Shown one piece after another: positions 11,001 through 21,121 of a stretch of 64,000 nt of DNA (position 1 is the stretch's first letter; every line of letters starts with the position of its first letter). The translations under genes were made by a program, and so were the position numbers. Below the pieces are notes generated by a model. That model made no database searches, was not told where the DNA came from, and worked only from the letters and a program-made list of their open reading frames with translations. The stretch spans positions 186,001-250,000 of the forward strand of contig OZ024756.1 of NCBI GenBank assembly GCA_964016885.1. The letters are read 5' to 3'. This DNA comes from Eledone cirrhosa (lineage: Eukaryota).

Positions 11001-11154
11001 TGACAACAGATTCTGCTGTAGTATAAGATTTGCTGCTTTTATCGTTACTATTACTGTTAATATTATTATTATTATTATTATTATTAGCAATAGTAGTAGT
11101 AGTAGTATAACTATTGTTGTTGTTACAGACTATCATCCATTGCACCAATTGCAT
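1648..11154 (-). CDS. Possible Pro/Thr-rich mucin-like ORF (TTTVTPTLPPP repeats); more likely a by-product of the triplet minisatellite
   Basis: 3168-aa ORF in the track. There is no signal peptide and no Cys-rich flanking domain, several other frames of the repeat unit are also stop-free, and codons almost all end in A. Confidence 0.2.
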   Translation of the reverse strand: MQLVQWMIVCNNNNSYTTTTTIANNNNNNNNINSNSNDKSSKSYTTAESVVITTAATVTVVIITTTTVTTTPPQPPTTVTATQLPILPPTLPTLSPPPTTPTLPPTPPLTTVTPTLPPPPPTTTVTPTLLPTTVTPTLPPPPTTVTPTLPPPPTTVTPTLPPTTTVTPTLPPPPPTTVTLPPPPTTVTPTLPPTPPPTPTLPPTPPPTTVPPTPPPTTVTPTLPPPPTTVTPTLPPPPTTVTPTLPPTTTVTPTLPPPPTTTVTPTLPPPPTTVTPTLPPTTVTPTLPPTPPPTTVTPTLPPTPPPTTVPPTPPPTTVTPTLPPTPPPTTVTATLPPPPTTTVTPTLPPPPPPTTVTPTLPPPPTTVTPTPPPPTVTPTPPPTTVTPTLPPPPPTTITPTLPPPPPTTVTPTLPPPPTTVTPTLPPTLPPTTVPPTPPPTTVTPTLPPTPPPTTVTATLPPPPTTTVTPTLPPPPPPTTVTPTLPPPPTTVTPTPPPPTVTPTPPPTTVTPTLPPTLPPTTVPPTPPPTTVTPTLPPTPPPTTVTATLPPPPTTTVTPTLPPPPPPTTVTPTLPPPPTTVTPTPPPPTVTPTPPPTTVTPTLPPPPTTVTPTPPPPTVTPTPPPTTVTPTLPPPPTTVTPTPPPPTVTPTPPPTTVPPTPPPTTVTPTLPPTPPPTTVTATLPPPPTTTITPTLPPPPPTTVTPTLPPPPTTVTPTLPPPPPTTVTPTLPPPPTTVTPTLPPKPTTTVTPTLPPPPTTVTPTLPLPPPTLPPRPPTTVTPTPPPPPPTTVTPTLPPPPPTTVTPTLPPPPPTTVTPTLPPPPTTTVTPTLPLPTTTTVTPTLPPPPPTTVTPTLPPPPPTTVTPTLPLPTTTTVTPTLPPRPPTTVTPTLPPPPPTTVTPTLPPPPPTTVTPTLPPPPTTTVTPTLPLPTTTTVTPTLPPPPPTTVTPTLPPPPPTTVTPTLPLPTTTTVTPTLPPRPPTTVTPTLPPPPPTTVTPTLPLPTTTTVTPTLPPRPPTTVTPTLPPPPPTTVTPTLPLPTTTTVTPTLPPRPPTTVTPTLPPPPPTTVTPTLPPPPPTTVTPTLPPPPPTTVTPTLPPPATTTVTPTLPPPPPTIVTPTLPPPPTTVTPTLPPPTTVTPTLPPPPTTVTPTLPPPTTTVTPTLPPPTTTVTPTLPLPTTTVTPTLPPPPTTTVTPTLPPPPPTTVTPTLPPPPPPPTTVTPTLPPPTTTVTPTLPPPPTTVTPTLPPPTTTVTPTLPPPPPTTVTPTLPPPPPPTTTVTPPPTTVTPPPTTVTPPTTTVTPTLPPPPPTTTTVTPPPTTVTPPTTTATPTLPPPPPPTTTVTPPPTTVTPPPTTVTPTLPPPPTTITPTLPPPTTTVTPTLPPPPTTITPTLPPPTTTVTPTLPPPPTTTVTPTLPPPTTTVTPTLPPPTTTVTPTLPPPTTTVAPTLPPPPPTTITPTLPPPTTTVTPTLPPPTTTVTPTLPPPTTTVTPTLPPPTTTVTPTLPPPPPTTVTPTLPPPPTTITPTLPPPTTTVTPTLPPPTTTVTPTLPPPPPTTVTPTLPPPPTTITPTLPPPTTTVTPTLPPPTTTVTPTLPPPPPTTVTPTLPPPPTTITPTLPPPTTTVTPTLPPPTTTVTPTLPPPTTTVTPTLPPPTTTVTPTLPPPTTTVTPTLPPPTTTVTPTLPPPTLPPPTTTVTPTLPPATTTVTPTLPPPTTTVTPTLPPPTTTVTPTLPPPTTTVTPTLPPPTTTVTPTLPPPPPTTVTPTLPPPPTTITPTLPPPTTTVTPTLPPPTTTVTPTLPPPTTTVTPTLPPPPPTTVTPTLPPPPTTITPTLPPPTTTVTPTLPPPPPTTVTPTLPPPPTTVTPTLPPPTTTVTPTLPPPPPTTVTPTLPPPPTTVTPTLPPPTTTVTPTLPPPPPTTVTPTLPPPTTTVTPTLPPPPPTTVTPTLPPPPTTITPTLPPPTTTVTPTLPPPTTTVTPTLPPPPTTITPTLPPPTTTVTPTLPPPTTTVTPTLPPPPPTTVTPTLPPPPTTITPTLPPPTTTVTPRLPPPTTTVTPTLPPPPPTTVTPTLPPPTTTVTPTLPPPPTTVTPTLPPPTTTVTPTLPPPTTTVTPTLPPPPPTTVTPTLPPPPTTITPTLPPPTTTVTPTLPPPTTTVTPTLPPPPPTTVTPTLPPPTTTVTPTLPPPPTTVTPTLPPTTTTVTPTLPPPPTTTVTPTLPPPTTTTVTPTLPPPPTTTVTPTLPPPTTTITPTLPPPTTTVTPTLPPPPPTTVTPTLPPPPTTITPTLPPPPPTTITPTLPPPTTTTVTPTLPPPPTTTVTPTLPPPPPTVTPTLPPPTTTVTPTLPPPATTTVTPTLPPPPTTTVTPTLPPPTTTVTPTLPPPPTTITPTLPPPTTTVTPTLPPPPTTTVTPTLPPPTTTVTPTLPPPTTTVTPTLPPPTTTVTPTLPPPPTTITPTLPPPPTTTVTPTLPPPTTTVTPTLPPPPPTVTPTLPPPTTTVTPTLPPPTTTITPTLPPPTTTVTPTLPPPPTTVTPTLPPPPTTVTPTLPPPPTTVTPTLPPPPTTVTPTLPPPTTTITPTLPPPPTSVTPTLPPPPTTVTPTLPPPTTVTPTLPPPPPTVTPTLPPPTTTVTPTLPPPTKTVTPTLPPPTTTVTPTLPPPPTTVTPTLPPPPPTVTPTLPPPTTITPTLPPPPTTVTPTLPSPTTTVTPTLPPPPPTVTPTLPPPTTITPTLPPPPTTVTPTLPPPPTTVTPTLPPPTKTVTPTLPPPTTVTQTLPPPPTTTVTPTLPPPTTVTPTLPPPPTTTVTSTLPPPTTTVTPTLPPPPPTVTPTLPPPTTTVTPTLPPPTKTVTPTLPPPTTVTPTLPPPPTTTVTPTLPPPTKTVTPTPPPPTTVTPTLPPPTTVTPTLPPPPTTVTPTLPPPTTVTQTLPPPPTTTVTPTLPPPTTVTPTLPPPIKTVTPTLPPTTTVTPTLPPPPTTTVTSTLPPPTTVTPTLPPPTTVTPTLPPPTTVTPTLPPPPTTVTPTLPPPPTTVTPTLPPPTTVTPTLPPPPTTVTPTLPPTLPPPTTTVTPTLPPPPTTVTPTLPPPPTTVTPTLPPPTTTVTPTLPPPPTTVTPTLPPPTTTVTPTLPPTTVTPTLPPPPTTVTPTLPPPTTTVTPTLPPPPTTVTPTLPPPTTQ

Positions 11155-12189
11155 TTCTCACAACCACTGACTGATACTAAATATCCAGCAGATATAAAAC
11201 CACCACCACCACCACCCTCACCACCATAACACAGTTATAGCCGCCACCGCCACCACCACCACCATCACAATACAGCTACAACTGCCACCTCCTCCACCAT
11301 CAGAATGGCCATTTCAATAATAATTATTAATTCTATCTCCAACAGGAAGACTAGCAGAATGCAAGCTGCTGCCATCACAACCATCACCACCACCACCACC
11401 ACCACCACTACCAGAAGTACACATATGACAATTGTCACATTATATTACTAAAACCCTCTGAATTCTTGACTATTTTCGAAATTACTAGAAAGCCCTAGGG
11501 TCTGTTATTAGAGATATGGTAAGAAAAGGGTTAAGCACCATGGCACCAATCCCTCAACAAGTAAATCCATCTATCACCATATTCTATTGTGAAGAATCTT
11601 TCAAGACTTTGCAATAGAATTGTCCCTCTACAATGTCCTCATTAAATAAATGGTCAGCAGACATCTGACCATTAGTCATTCTCTAAATTCCAACAATCAA
11701 CAAGAAACCAGTGCATATTTCTGGGTTTCCTTTGAATTAACCCTCTTGGTAAACACCTTTGTTAAGTTATGTTCCAAGCACCAGTTTAACCATTTTGATA
11801 TGAAACTGCCTGAAACCAATCCTTGTTCTACAATACAAAACTGTTTATTTCAAAGTAATTTTATTTATCTGAAAACCTTCCACCCTCATAACTTTATGTA
11901 AGAGTTTCCTTTGTTGAGTTATGTTCCAAACACCAGATTAATAATGAGAAAATTATATTATTTGGAAATCAGTGTTTTTTATTAGAAATATAGCTATAGA
12001 TGAGTTAAGATGGAAAAATGTGAAGTCTCGTCACTCTTTGGTGATTCGACTAGATTAGATTAATAATGAAATATCCAAACATCAGATTGGACCAAGGAAG
12101 CAATGTTCCCATTTGCAACTCCTACCAGTATATAATCAATAAAATAATCATGAATTTTAATGTTGTTGTTGTTTACAACCATTATCAAC

Positions 12190-12346
12190 GCCACCGTTGT
12201 CATCATCATCATCACCACCACCATCGCTATCACCACCACCACCACCATCACTATCACCACCAACATCACCACCATCACCACCACCACCAACACCACCAAC
12301 ATCACCCTCACCACCAACACCACCACTACCATCACCATCACCATCA
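12190..12346. repeat. Degenerate (CAC/CAT)n triplet repeat
   Basis: Seen directly; the source of the His/Thr/Pro-rich ORFs here. Confidence 0.9.
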
Positions 12347-12429
12347 CTTGCTTTTGCAATGCTGCCATGGGCTGGACAAGATGCCTGCCCTTCATGATGC
12401 CGAACTGTCACTTGTTCTTGTTTTAAAAG

Positions 12430-12575
12430 GTACCAATGGTACTTTATTGACCCTGTAAGGATGTAAGGGAAATCTAACCTCAGCTGGATTTGAATTCAGA
12501 ACGTAAAAGGACGTAACTCTATGCCACAAAGCAGCTTGTCCGATGCTCTACCAATTACTGCCAATTCACCACCCT
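12430..12575 (-). mobile_element. tRNA-derived SINE family 1, degenerate copy
   Basis: Aligns by eye to 17265-17451 and 40117-40310, with B-box-like GAATTCAAATCC on the minus strand. Confidence 0.75.
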
Positions 12576-12600
12576 ATGAAATAATAACAACAATAATAAT

Positions 12601-12806
12601 GATTTCTACTTTAGGTACAAGGCCAGTAATTTTGGGGGTGGGGAAAGTCGACCTCAGTTCATTACTGGTACTTTATTTATCGACACTGTAGGAATGAAAG
12701 GCAAAGCTAACCCTGGCAGAATTTGAACTCGGAACATAAAGGGCCGCAACTCTACGCTACGAAGCATACTGTCCGACGCTCTACCAATTACTGACAATCC
12801 GCTGCT
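12601..12806 (-). mobile_element. tRNA-derived SINE family 1
   Basis: Minus strand has B box GAGTTCAAATTC and central GCCTTTCATTCCTACAGTGTCGATAAATAAAGTACCAG. Confidence 0.8.
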
Positions 12807-12879
12807 GGTGAATTAAATATCTCAACCACCATTTCTGTTATATGAAACAAAAAAAAAAGAAAAAGGAAACTAACAAACC

Positions 12880-12913
12880 AATAAATAAATAAATAAATAA
12901 ATAAAGCGAATAA

Positions 12914-12944
<31 letters not shown>

Positions 12945-12975
12945 AGCAATAGATAAAGCAATGAATAAATAAGTA
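12880..12975. repeat. (TAAA)n microsatellite
   Basis: Seen directly. Confidence 0.9.
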
Positions 12976-13189
12976 AAGTAGCTGAAAAGGCTTAAAGAGA
13001 TAAGACTTGTGTAGAAGAAATAAAGAAAACTATGTTAAATTTTTTGAGTTAATCTAAACAGACGCAACATTCAAGTAAACGAGAGAAAACAACAAATTAA
13101 AATTAATTTTTAAAAATTACTGATTTAAAATAGCAACAGATCTTCAACACTTTGGGATTAAAACGAAGATTGGGTTATTTAGTGAAACA

Positions 13190-13274
13190 TGTTATATATA
13201 TATATATATATATGTGTGCATGTATATATATATATATATAAATGTATATATGTATGTGTGTGTATATATATAAA

Positions 13275-13309
<35 letters not shown>

Positions 13310-13665
13310 ATGTATATATGTGTATGTGTATATATATATATATAAATGTATGTATATATATATATATAAATGTATGTGTGTGTGTATATATAAATGTATA
13401 TGTGTGTGTATGTGTATATATATATATATATATATAAATGTAGGAGGTGAGTTTTATTGTAGTACAATAATTGATATGTTGATTTAAAACTGCACTATTC
13501 ACAAGTGTTTTTTAACCTTCATATTATGTCTTCCTATTTTATCTGATGAAAACACAAATGTTATTGCATGATGATATTTGTTTTTGAAATGCGCATAATA
13601 AAATACATGGAACTCTTTTAACCATCTTTTGATCTTATATATTATATAAATGTATATATGTGTGT

Positions 13666-13696
<31 letters not shown>

Positions 13697-13706
13697 AATG
13701 TATATA

Positions 13707-13753
<47 letters not shown>

Positions 13754-13798
13754 GTATATATGTGTGTGTGTATATATATATATATATAAATGTATATA

Positions 13799-13863
<65 letters not shown>

Positions 13864-14025
13864 GTATATGTGTGTGTGTATGTGTATATATATATATATA
13901 TATAAATGTATATATGTGTGTGTGTGTGTGTGTATATATATAAATGTATATATGTGTGTGTATGTGTATATATATATATAAATGTATATATGTGTGTGTA
14001 TGTGTATATATATGTATATATATAA
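13190..14025. repeat. (TA)n/(TG)n compound microsatellite interrupted by a ~200 bp element at 13440-13645
   Basis: Seen directly. Confidence 0.95.
13535..13605 (+). ncRNA. Type I hammerhead ribozyme motif, family H1
   Basis: Stem I TATTTTAT/ATAAAATA; core CTGATGA (13543-13549); long AT-rich stem II; GAAA (13586-13589); palindromic stem III ATGCGCAT; AUA cleavage triplet. Confidence 0.75.
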
Positions 14026-14514
14026 AACAGTACATATGTTACTTAAACAAACACGCACATTTATATACATACTTACAAACACATTATATACATTCTACTC
14101 TATCTCTCTCACACACACATATATGTATATATAAGATGGCTGACTAACACAGGATTCTCTCTTTCATTTGCCTGTTTTATTGTTTTTTACAGTTTGTCTT
14201 CTCTTTTTTTCTCACTTTCCCTACCTTCCGATAAAGGATTGAAGCATGAAACCTTAAGACTCTTTTCAAACCAATATAACAATATATATCACTGTGTAGT
14301 ACAAAAATGAAGAGTGTGTGTATGTATATATATATATATATATATATGGTGGCTGCCAACTAGTTTTCAAGTACGGCCACTACTTTATATCCATGTAGGA
14401 GAACCCCTATACATATATGTTTTCAGGTTATGTAACTGTTATAGAAACACGTGTCAATAAATTCCTTTTAACTAAACTGTATCCATTAAAATCCTTCTAT
14501 ATATATACATACTT

Positions 14515-14552
<38 letters not shown>

Positions 14553-14720
14553 AAGAGTGTGTGCGTATATATATATATATATATATATTAATAGTTTTTT
14601 CTATTTAATTGCTAACCTGTAGATATTGTTCTCCATACAGTAACGGTTAAACTCACTTGTAATAATTCTTTACACACATCTCACTGTGTAACACACTTCT
14701 CTTTGTGTAATATATTTGTG

Positions 14721-14735
<15 letters not shown>

Positions 14736-14811
<76 letters not shown>
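14736..14811. repeat. (GA)n microsatellite
   Basis: Seen directly. Confidence 0.95.
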
Positions 14812-14812
<1 letters not shown>

Positions 14813-14912
14813 CTATCAGCTTTAAATAAATTCCTACACGTGTTGTTTTCATATCCCATTTGTAAATCTAATCACATAAATTGTAGTAATTGTGCTTATT
14901 TAAAAATCTCAA

Positions 14913-14974
<62 letters not shown>

Positions 14975-15699
14975 TGCCCCCTCGTTATCGAGTATGGCCA
15001 TTGCATGATATAACATTATTAATAAGTATTAATTAATTCCATGGTGCAATGCCTATGTGTGAAGATTTTTTTTAAAGTGAGGAAAGACTGTGCACTGAGC
15101 CAATCCCACTCTCTGAGCGACACTAGCTATAACCCGAAAAGAAGAAAAGATCAACATCATCGGTAACTACTGAGCCACAGGTTTTACATCGGAGTTATCC
15201 TAGTTTCCTGAGTTGCCTTCTTCTAGAAGAATGCCTTGACAAAGGTTAGGGGTCCTTCATTCCCAGTAGTTTAACTGCGCAATCGGGTGTCCAGCCCGAC
15301 TATTTCTATGTCCCTGCACATATACATACACATGCACCCATGTATATACACATATACATATACATACACCCATTCATATACACATATACATACACGCATG
15401 TATATACACATATACATATTTACACACTTTTGGATGGCCGTTGACTCTTATGAGTTCTTCCGCCCTTTGTCAGGTTTTGTTTTTGTCCTACAGGGTGTCC
15501 AAAATCACCCTCCTCACCAAGTAAACTTCGTGGGGTTGCCGGTTTAGTCGCCGACGAATAATAACACACACACACGTACAGCTCTATACACACGCTCCAT
15601 CATCAACTTTTCAAAAAAAGTATATCCTACACACACCAACAGTTTACCAAGAGATGGCAACATCAGTGGACCTCTTATTTTTCTCTAAAAACATTTTCC

Positions 15700-15844
15700 T
15701 CTTTTCGCCCCGCCTGTCTCCTCAATCTTTCTATTTCTCATTCTTTTTTTCTGAAGAAGGACTAGCGTCAGAAATATTAAGGCTATCTTCCTGCTATTAC
15801 AAGCATTAAACTAATATATCTTTCCATGTACTGTGCCGTTTGTT

Positions 15845-15850
<6 letters not shown>
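15700..15850 (+). mobile_element. Degenerate PLE terminal-repeat-like remnant with decayed hammerhead core; related pieces at 14150-14290 and 34530-34700
   Basis: CTGAAGA-AGGAC..GTCA-GAAA at ~15751. It shares CAAGCATTAAACTAATATA with 34638-34656, which follows CTGATGA-AGGATTGTCT-GAAAC. Confidence 0.4.
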
Positions 15851-15885
<35 letters not shown>

Positions 15886-15888
<3 letters not shown>

Positions 15889-16438
15889 TCATCATCATCA
15901 TCATCAACGTTTAACGTCCGTGTTCCACGCTTGCATGGGTTTGGACGGGGGTAGTCCCACTTGAGGCAAGAGTGATTGTCTTGCTCGCATAGGACTGTCT
16001 GGCAGGTTTTCTACAGTTGGATGCCCTTCCTAACACCAACCACATTTACAGTGTGGGTCTGGGAGGTTTTTACCGTGTTGCCTACACGGCCACATTACAG
16101 CGTGGACTGTGTGTTTTTTTGTCGTGACACCTACACGATCTCATTTGTTTCGGCCTCGATGGCGCGGCACCAACATAACTTTACATAGAACGGGGTGGTG
16201 TGGATCGGGTGGGGGTGGGGGTGGTGGGACGGGGTGTATTTTGTTAGCGATGCCTACTGGCTGGAGTAGGTTTTACTATATATTTAGGTAAGGCGGGTCT
16301 TCTCTGTTACTGAGTACCGCCAAAGGTCTCGGTCCAGTGACATTGTCTTGGAGAGGTGTAAGTGTGTGATGTCGGAGTTTATCAGCTCGTCCCAGGTTTT
16401 TCTAGGTCTGCCTATTCCGTGACTACCGTCTATCTTTA
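15886..16438 (-). mobile_element. RTE LINE family A, 3' fragment (ORF end, 3'UTR, (GAT)n tail)
   Basis: Reverse complement closely matches 27575-28099; (CAT)n at 15886-15906. Confidence 0.93.
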
Positions 16439-16470
16439 TTTATATATATATTATATATATATATATTATA

Positions 16471-16536
<66 letters not shown>

Positions 16537-16576
16537 TCATCCTCATCATCGTTTAGCATCTATTTTCCACACTAGC

Positions 16577-16639
<63 letters not shown>

Positions 16640-16659
16640 GCACACGCACACACACACAC

Positions 16660-16758
16660 GTGGAGACGTATGGCTGAGTAGTTAGAGCATTGGATTCCCA
16701 ATCATGAGATTGTGAGTTCGATTCCCGAATTCACAGGACACTTTATTTCATGTTGTTC
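16660..16758 (+). mobile_element. tRNA-derived SINE family 2 head fragment
   Basis: A box TGGCTGAGTAG, B box GAGTTCGATTC, then GACACTTTATTTCA as in 42463-42802. Confidence 0.65.
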
Positions 16759-16765
16759 CTTCTAC

Positions 16766-16925
16766 CTGGAGTTGCGACCGATAGATAGTATTAGCAATTG
16801 GATAGACCAATGGAAACATTGTTTCCTCGGTCCGATTTGATGAAAGTCGATTGAACCTCCAATATATATGACAGCGTGGAAATGTTTCCATGATGAAACG
16901 GCTGGTAATGCAGAATTAATACAAG
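16766..16925 (-). other. Candidate host exon (160 bp)
   Basis: Unique-looking island among repeats, bounded by TTAACAG| and CAG|GTAGAA, with one frame fully open. No recognisable domain. Confidence 0.25.
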
Positions 16926-16944
16926 CTGTTAATATACACACATA

Positions 16945-16993
<49 letters not shown>

Positions 16994-17153
16994 CATTGGT
17001 GCGGCCACGGTTACACACTCTGTATTCATACAAATATAACATATATGTATATATGAGCAAGACACGGTCATCTGACCCAACTTGCTTCAAGTGGGACAAC
17101 CTGTCCAACCCATGCTAGCGTGGAAAATAGATGCTAAACGATGATGAGGATGA

Positions 17154-17223
<70 letters not shown>

Positions 17224-17264
17224 TATAATATATATATATATAATATATATATAATATATATATA

Positions 17265-17451
17265 ATTGTTTCTACTTTAGGCACAAGGCCAGCAATTACC
17301 CAGTTCATTACTGGTACTTTATTTTATCGACCCCGTAAGGATGAAAGGCAAAGTTAACCTCGGCGGGATTTGAACTCAGATCGTAAAGGGACGTAACTAT
17401 GCTGGAAAGCATGGCGTCCGACCCTCCACCGATACTGCCAATCCACCGCCC
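17265..17451 (-). mobile_element. tRNA-derived SINE family 1, well preserved
   Basis: A box TGGCAGTATCGG, B box GAGTTCAAATCC, central GCCTTTCATCCTTACGGGGTCGATAAAATAAAGTACCAG (resembles the conserved domain of Meta/Nin-type SINEs; assignment from memory). Confidence 0.85.
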
Positions 17452-17641
17452 TTATATATATATATAATATATATAATATATATATATAATATATATATAA
17501 TATATATATATATATAATATATATATACATGCTACTGTACGTCTGTATACATATATGTATGTACGTATACACACATACTTACATTTAAGTAAGTGCCGAA
17601 CTAAGAGTGAGAAATGAAATTTCGTTTTCATTTTATCTCAA

Positions 17642-18030
<389 letters not shown>

Positions 18031-18159
18031 TTTCCAGGATATATGGCGCATGCCTTATGACATGACACCCACAATTTCGATTTAGATTAAATTCATTTAA
18101 TTTATTTTGTCTTAATTTTGGATTTAGATATAAATATATATATGTATGAATATATATAT

Positions 18160-20712
18160 ATCATCATCATCATCATCGTTTAACATCCATGTTCCACACT
18201 TGCATGGGTTTGGACGGGAGTTTTCCCACTTGAGGCAAGAGTGGTTGTCATTGCTCACATAGGATTGTCTGGCGGGTTTTCTACAGCTGGATGCCCTTCA
18301 TAACACCAACCACATTTACAGTGTGGGGCTGAGAGGTTTTTACCGTGTTGCCTACACGGCCACATTACAGCGTGGACTGTGTGCTTTTATTGTCGAGACA
18401 CCTACACGATCTCATTTGTTTCGGCCTGGATGTTGTGACACCAACATAACTTTACATTGAAGGGGGCGGTGTGGATGGGGTGGGGTGGTGGGACGGGGGT
18501 CTATTTTGTTAGAGATGCCTACTGGCTGGAGTAGGTTTTACTATATATTTAGGTAAGGCGGGTCTTCTCTATTACTGAGTACCGCCAAAGGTCTCGGTCC
18601 AGTGACATTGTCTTGGAGAGGTGTAAGTGTGTGAAGTCGGAATTTATCAGCTCGTCCCAGGTTTTTCTGGGTCTGCCTACTCCGTGGCTACCGTCTATCT
18701 TTATTGCCATGCACTTTGTTATACAGCTGTCGTCTTTCATGCACATCACGTGACCATACCAACGTAGCCTTCTCTCGAGTAAACAACATCTGATCCCTCT
18801 TATTTCTAATGTTTTCCTTAGTTCGTTTCTGCTTTGCCGTTCACGTATATTACTATTACACATCCAGCGGAGCATGCAAGCTTCGTTCCTCTCTAGTCTG
18901 CGTATATCCTCTGCACACAATGCCCAGGTCTCACTGCCATGCAACATTGCTGTTCGTATGCAGGCATCATACAAACTGCCTTTCATTTTTAGGGAGAACC
19001 CTTTAGCGGCTAATAGTGGTATAAGCTCTCTGAACTTTTTCCATCCAGTTCTGACTCTAGCTACTGTACTTTCAGAGCACCTTCCCCCACTGCTGATTTT
19101 GTCACCCAGGTAACGGAAGCTGTCCACTATTTCTATAGAACCCTCTGCGCAATTGAAAGAGCTAGTATTTTGTGGGCACTTGCTGCTACTTATTGCACCA
19201 GAGCACCGGCCACATGAAAAATCTATGTTCTTAGTTAGCTTACCTGTGATCCCACTACATCTTTTATGCACCCATACTTTGCATTTGGGACATAAAATGG
19301 ATTTTCTACCTACGCCTTTCCTACACACTGAGCATGGCCATTTCCCGGAAGGGACCGGCGCCTTATTTTCTTTCCTACAAACTAGAACTTTAGTCTTAGC
19401 CAGGTTAATTTTAAGGCCTTTTGATTCTAGGCCGTGCTTCCATGTTTGGAATTTCTTCTCTAGCTCGGCCATTGATTCAGCTATGAGCGTTAGATCATCT
19501 GCGTATAGGAGTTCCCATGGGCAGCCGGTCTTTAACTCCTCTGTTATAGCCCGAAGGGCAATAATAAATAGTAGGGGGCTGAGAACAGAGCCCTGATGGA
19601 CACCAACTTTTACACTAAACTCTTCACTATATTCGTTGTTAATTCTAACCTTGCTGACTGTTTCTTTATACATGGCTTGTATAGCTCTCACAAGCCATTC
19701 GTCAACACCTAGTTTTCTAAGAGCCCACCAGATAATGGAACGGGGGACTCTGTCGAAGGCTTTCTCCAAGTCGACAAAAGCTAAGTATAGGGGTTTACTT
19801 TTAGCTAGGTACTTCTCCTGTAGTTGTCGTACAATGAAAAGAGCGTCTGTGGTACTTTTGCCTGACACAAACCCGAACTGTATTTCATCTAGATCAATTC
19901 TCTCTCTGATTAGTTGCGCTATTACTTTTTCCGTGACCTTCATGACCTGGTCGATTAATTTAATGCCTCTATAGTTACTCCTATCTAGGGCATCTCCTTT
20001 ACCCTTGTAACAGTTAATGATGATGCTGCTACGCCAGTCCTTCGGAACAACCCCATTCTGTATGACTTGGTTTACTATCCGGGTGACCATGGTGTGTCCC
20101 ACCGTTCCAGAGGCTTTCAGCATCTCAGCAACTATTTCCGAAGGCCCAGCCGCCTTACCCGTCTTCATATCTTTGATTGCCTTACTTATTATACTACCTT
20201 CGACTAACACTGCTGGTCCCTCTATTGGGTCGATGTGGGGGAGACTGTCTTTCTCCCATTTATTCTCCTCATTTAGAAGCCTTTCGTAGTGACACTTCCA
20301 AGCTACCTTCTTATCAGCGTGTAGCCTTTCGTAGTGACACTTCCAAGCTACCTTCTTATCAGCGTCAGTGATGGCAATTACGCCATCATCATTAAGTACA
20401 CACTTCTCCCCGACAATATCACGGTTTTCCTTGACACATTGCCTAGCAATCCTGAACACCTCACGTTTTCCACTTGATAGTCTTCGCTACTTCCCCCATC
20501 CTGCCATACTTTCCAAGCCTGCTTTTTGGCCTTAATTGACTCCTCCACCTTACTGTTCCACCACCATGTTACTCTCCTCCTGCCTACAGGCCTGCTCCAG
20601 CCACAGACTTCGTCTGCCGCCATCAGCAGGTTTGCTTTCAGGAATTCCCATTGTTCCTCTACATTGTACGACTCTAATTGCTCTTCCTTACTGTCGAAAG
20701 CATCAAGTAACA
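18160..20712 (-). mobile_element. RTE LINE family A, 5'-truncated copy (RT ORF 18549-20459)
   Basis: 636-aa ORF nearly identical to the RT half of 24482-27745, with YADD motif. In-frame duplication ADKKVAWKCHYERL, deletion near 20470, (CAT)n tail at 18160. Confidence 0.96.
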
Positions 20713-20743
20713 AGTATATATTCATATATATATATATATATGA

Positions 20744-21029
20744 ATAATATATAAGATCAAAAGATGGTTAAAGGAGATCCATGTATTTTATTATGCGCAT
20801 TTCAAAAACAAACATCATCATGCAATAATATTTGTGTTTTCATCAGATAAAACAGGAGAACATGATATGAAGGCTAAAAAACACTTGTGGATAGTGCAGT
20901 TTTAAATCAACATATGTTGATATGTTGATTTAAAACTGCACTATCCACAAGTGTTTTTTAGCCTTCATATCATGTTCTCCTGTTTTATCTGATGAAAACA
21001 CAAATATTATTGCATGATGATGTTTGTTT
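20744..21029. repeat. Fold-back palindrome of the H1 element; complete hammerhead on minus strand 20784-20854, truncated one on plus strand from 20981
   Basis: Arms are reverse complements about an axis at ~20917; same sequence as 13475-13645. Confidence 0.9.
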
Positions 21030-21057
21030 ATTGCCCTGATATATATATGAATATATA

Positions 21058-21121
<64 letters not shown>

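Noticed and set aside
1-11003. Plus-strand Val/Leu ORFs of 556, 1840 and 1275 aa
   Set aside because: Translations of the GTT/GGT repeat with non-ATG starts; implausible all-hydrophobic proteins.
11129-11229. Possible plus-strand terminal exon after TTGTTACAG (DYHPLHQLHFSQP...)
   Set aside because: Only an acceptor-like site and a short low-complexity peptide; no further support.
11737-12008. Possible TTAA-flanked MITE starting TTAACCCT
   Set aside because: The right end does not form a convincing inverted repeat.
14970-15560. Segments resembling RTE 5'UTR-derived repeats
   Set aside because: Resemblance from memory only; no second copy in the window to define boundaries.
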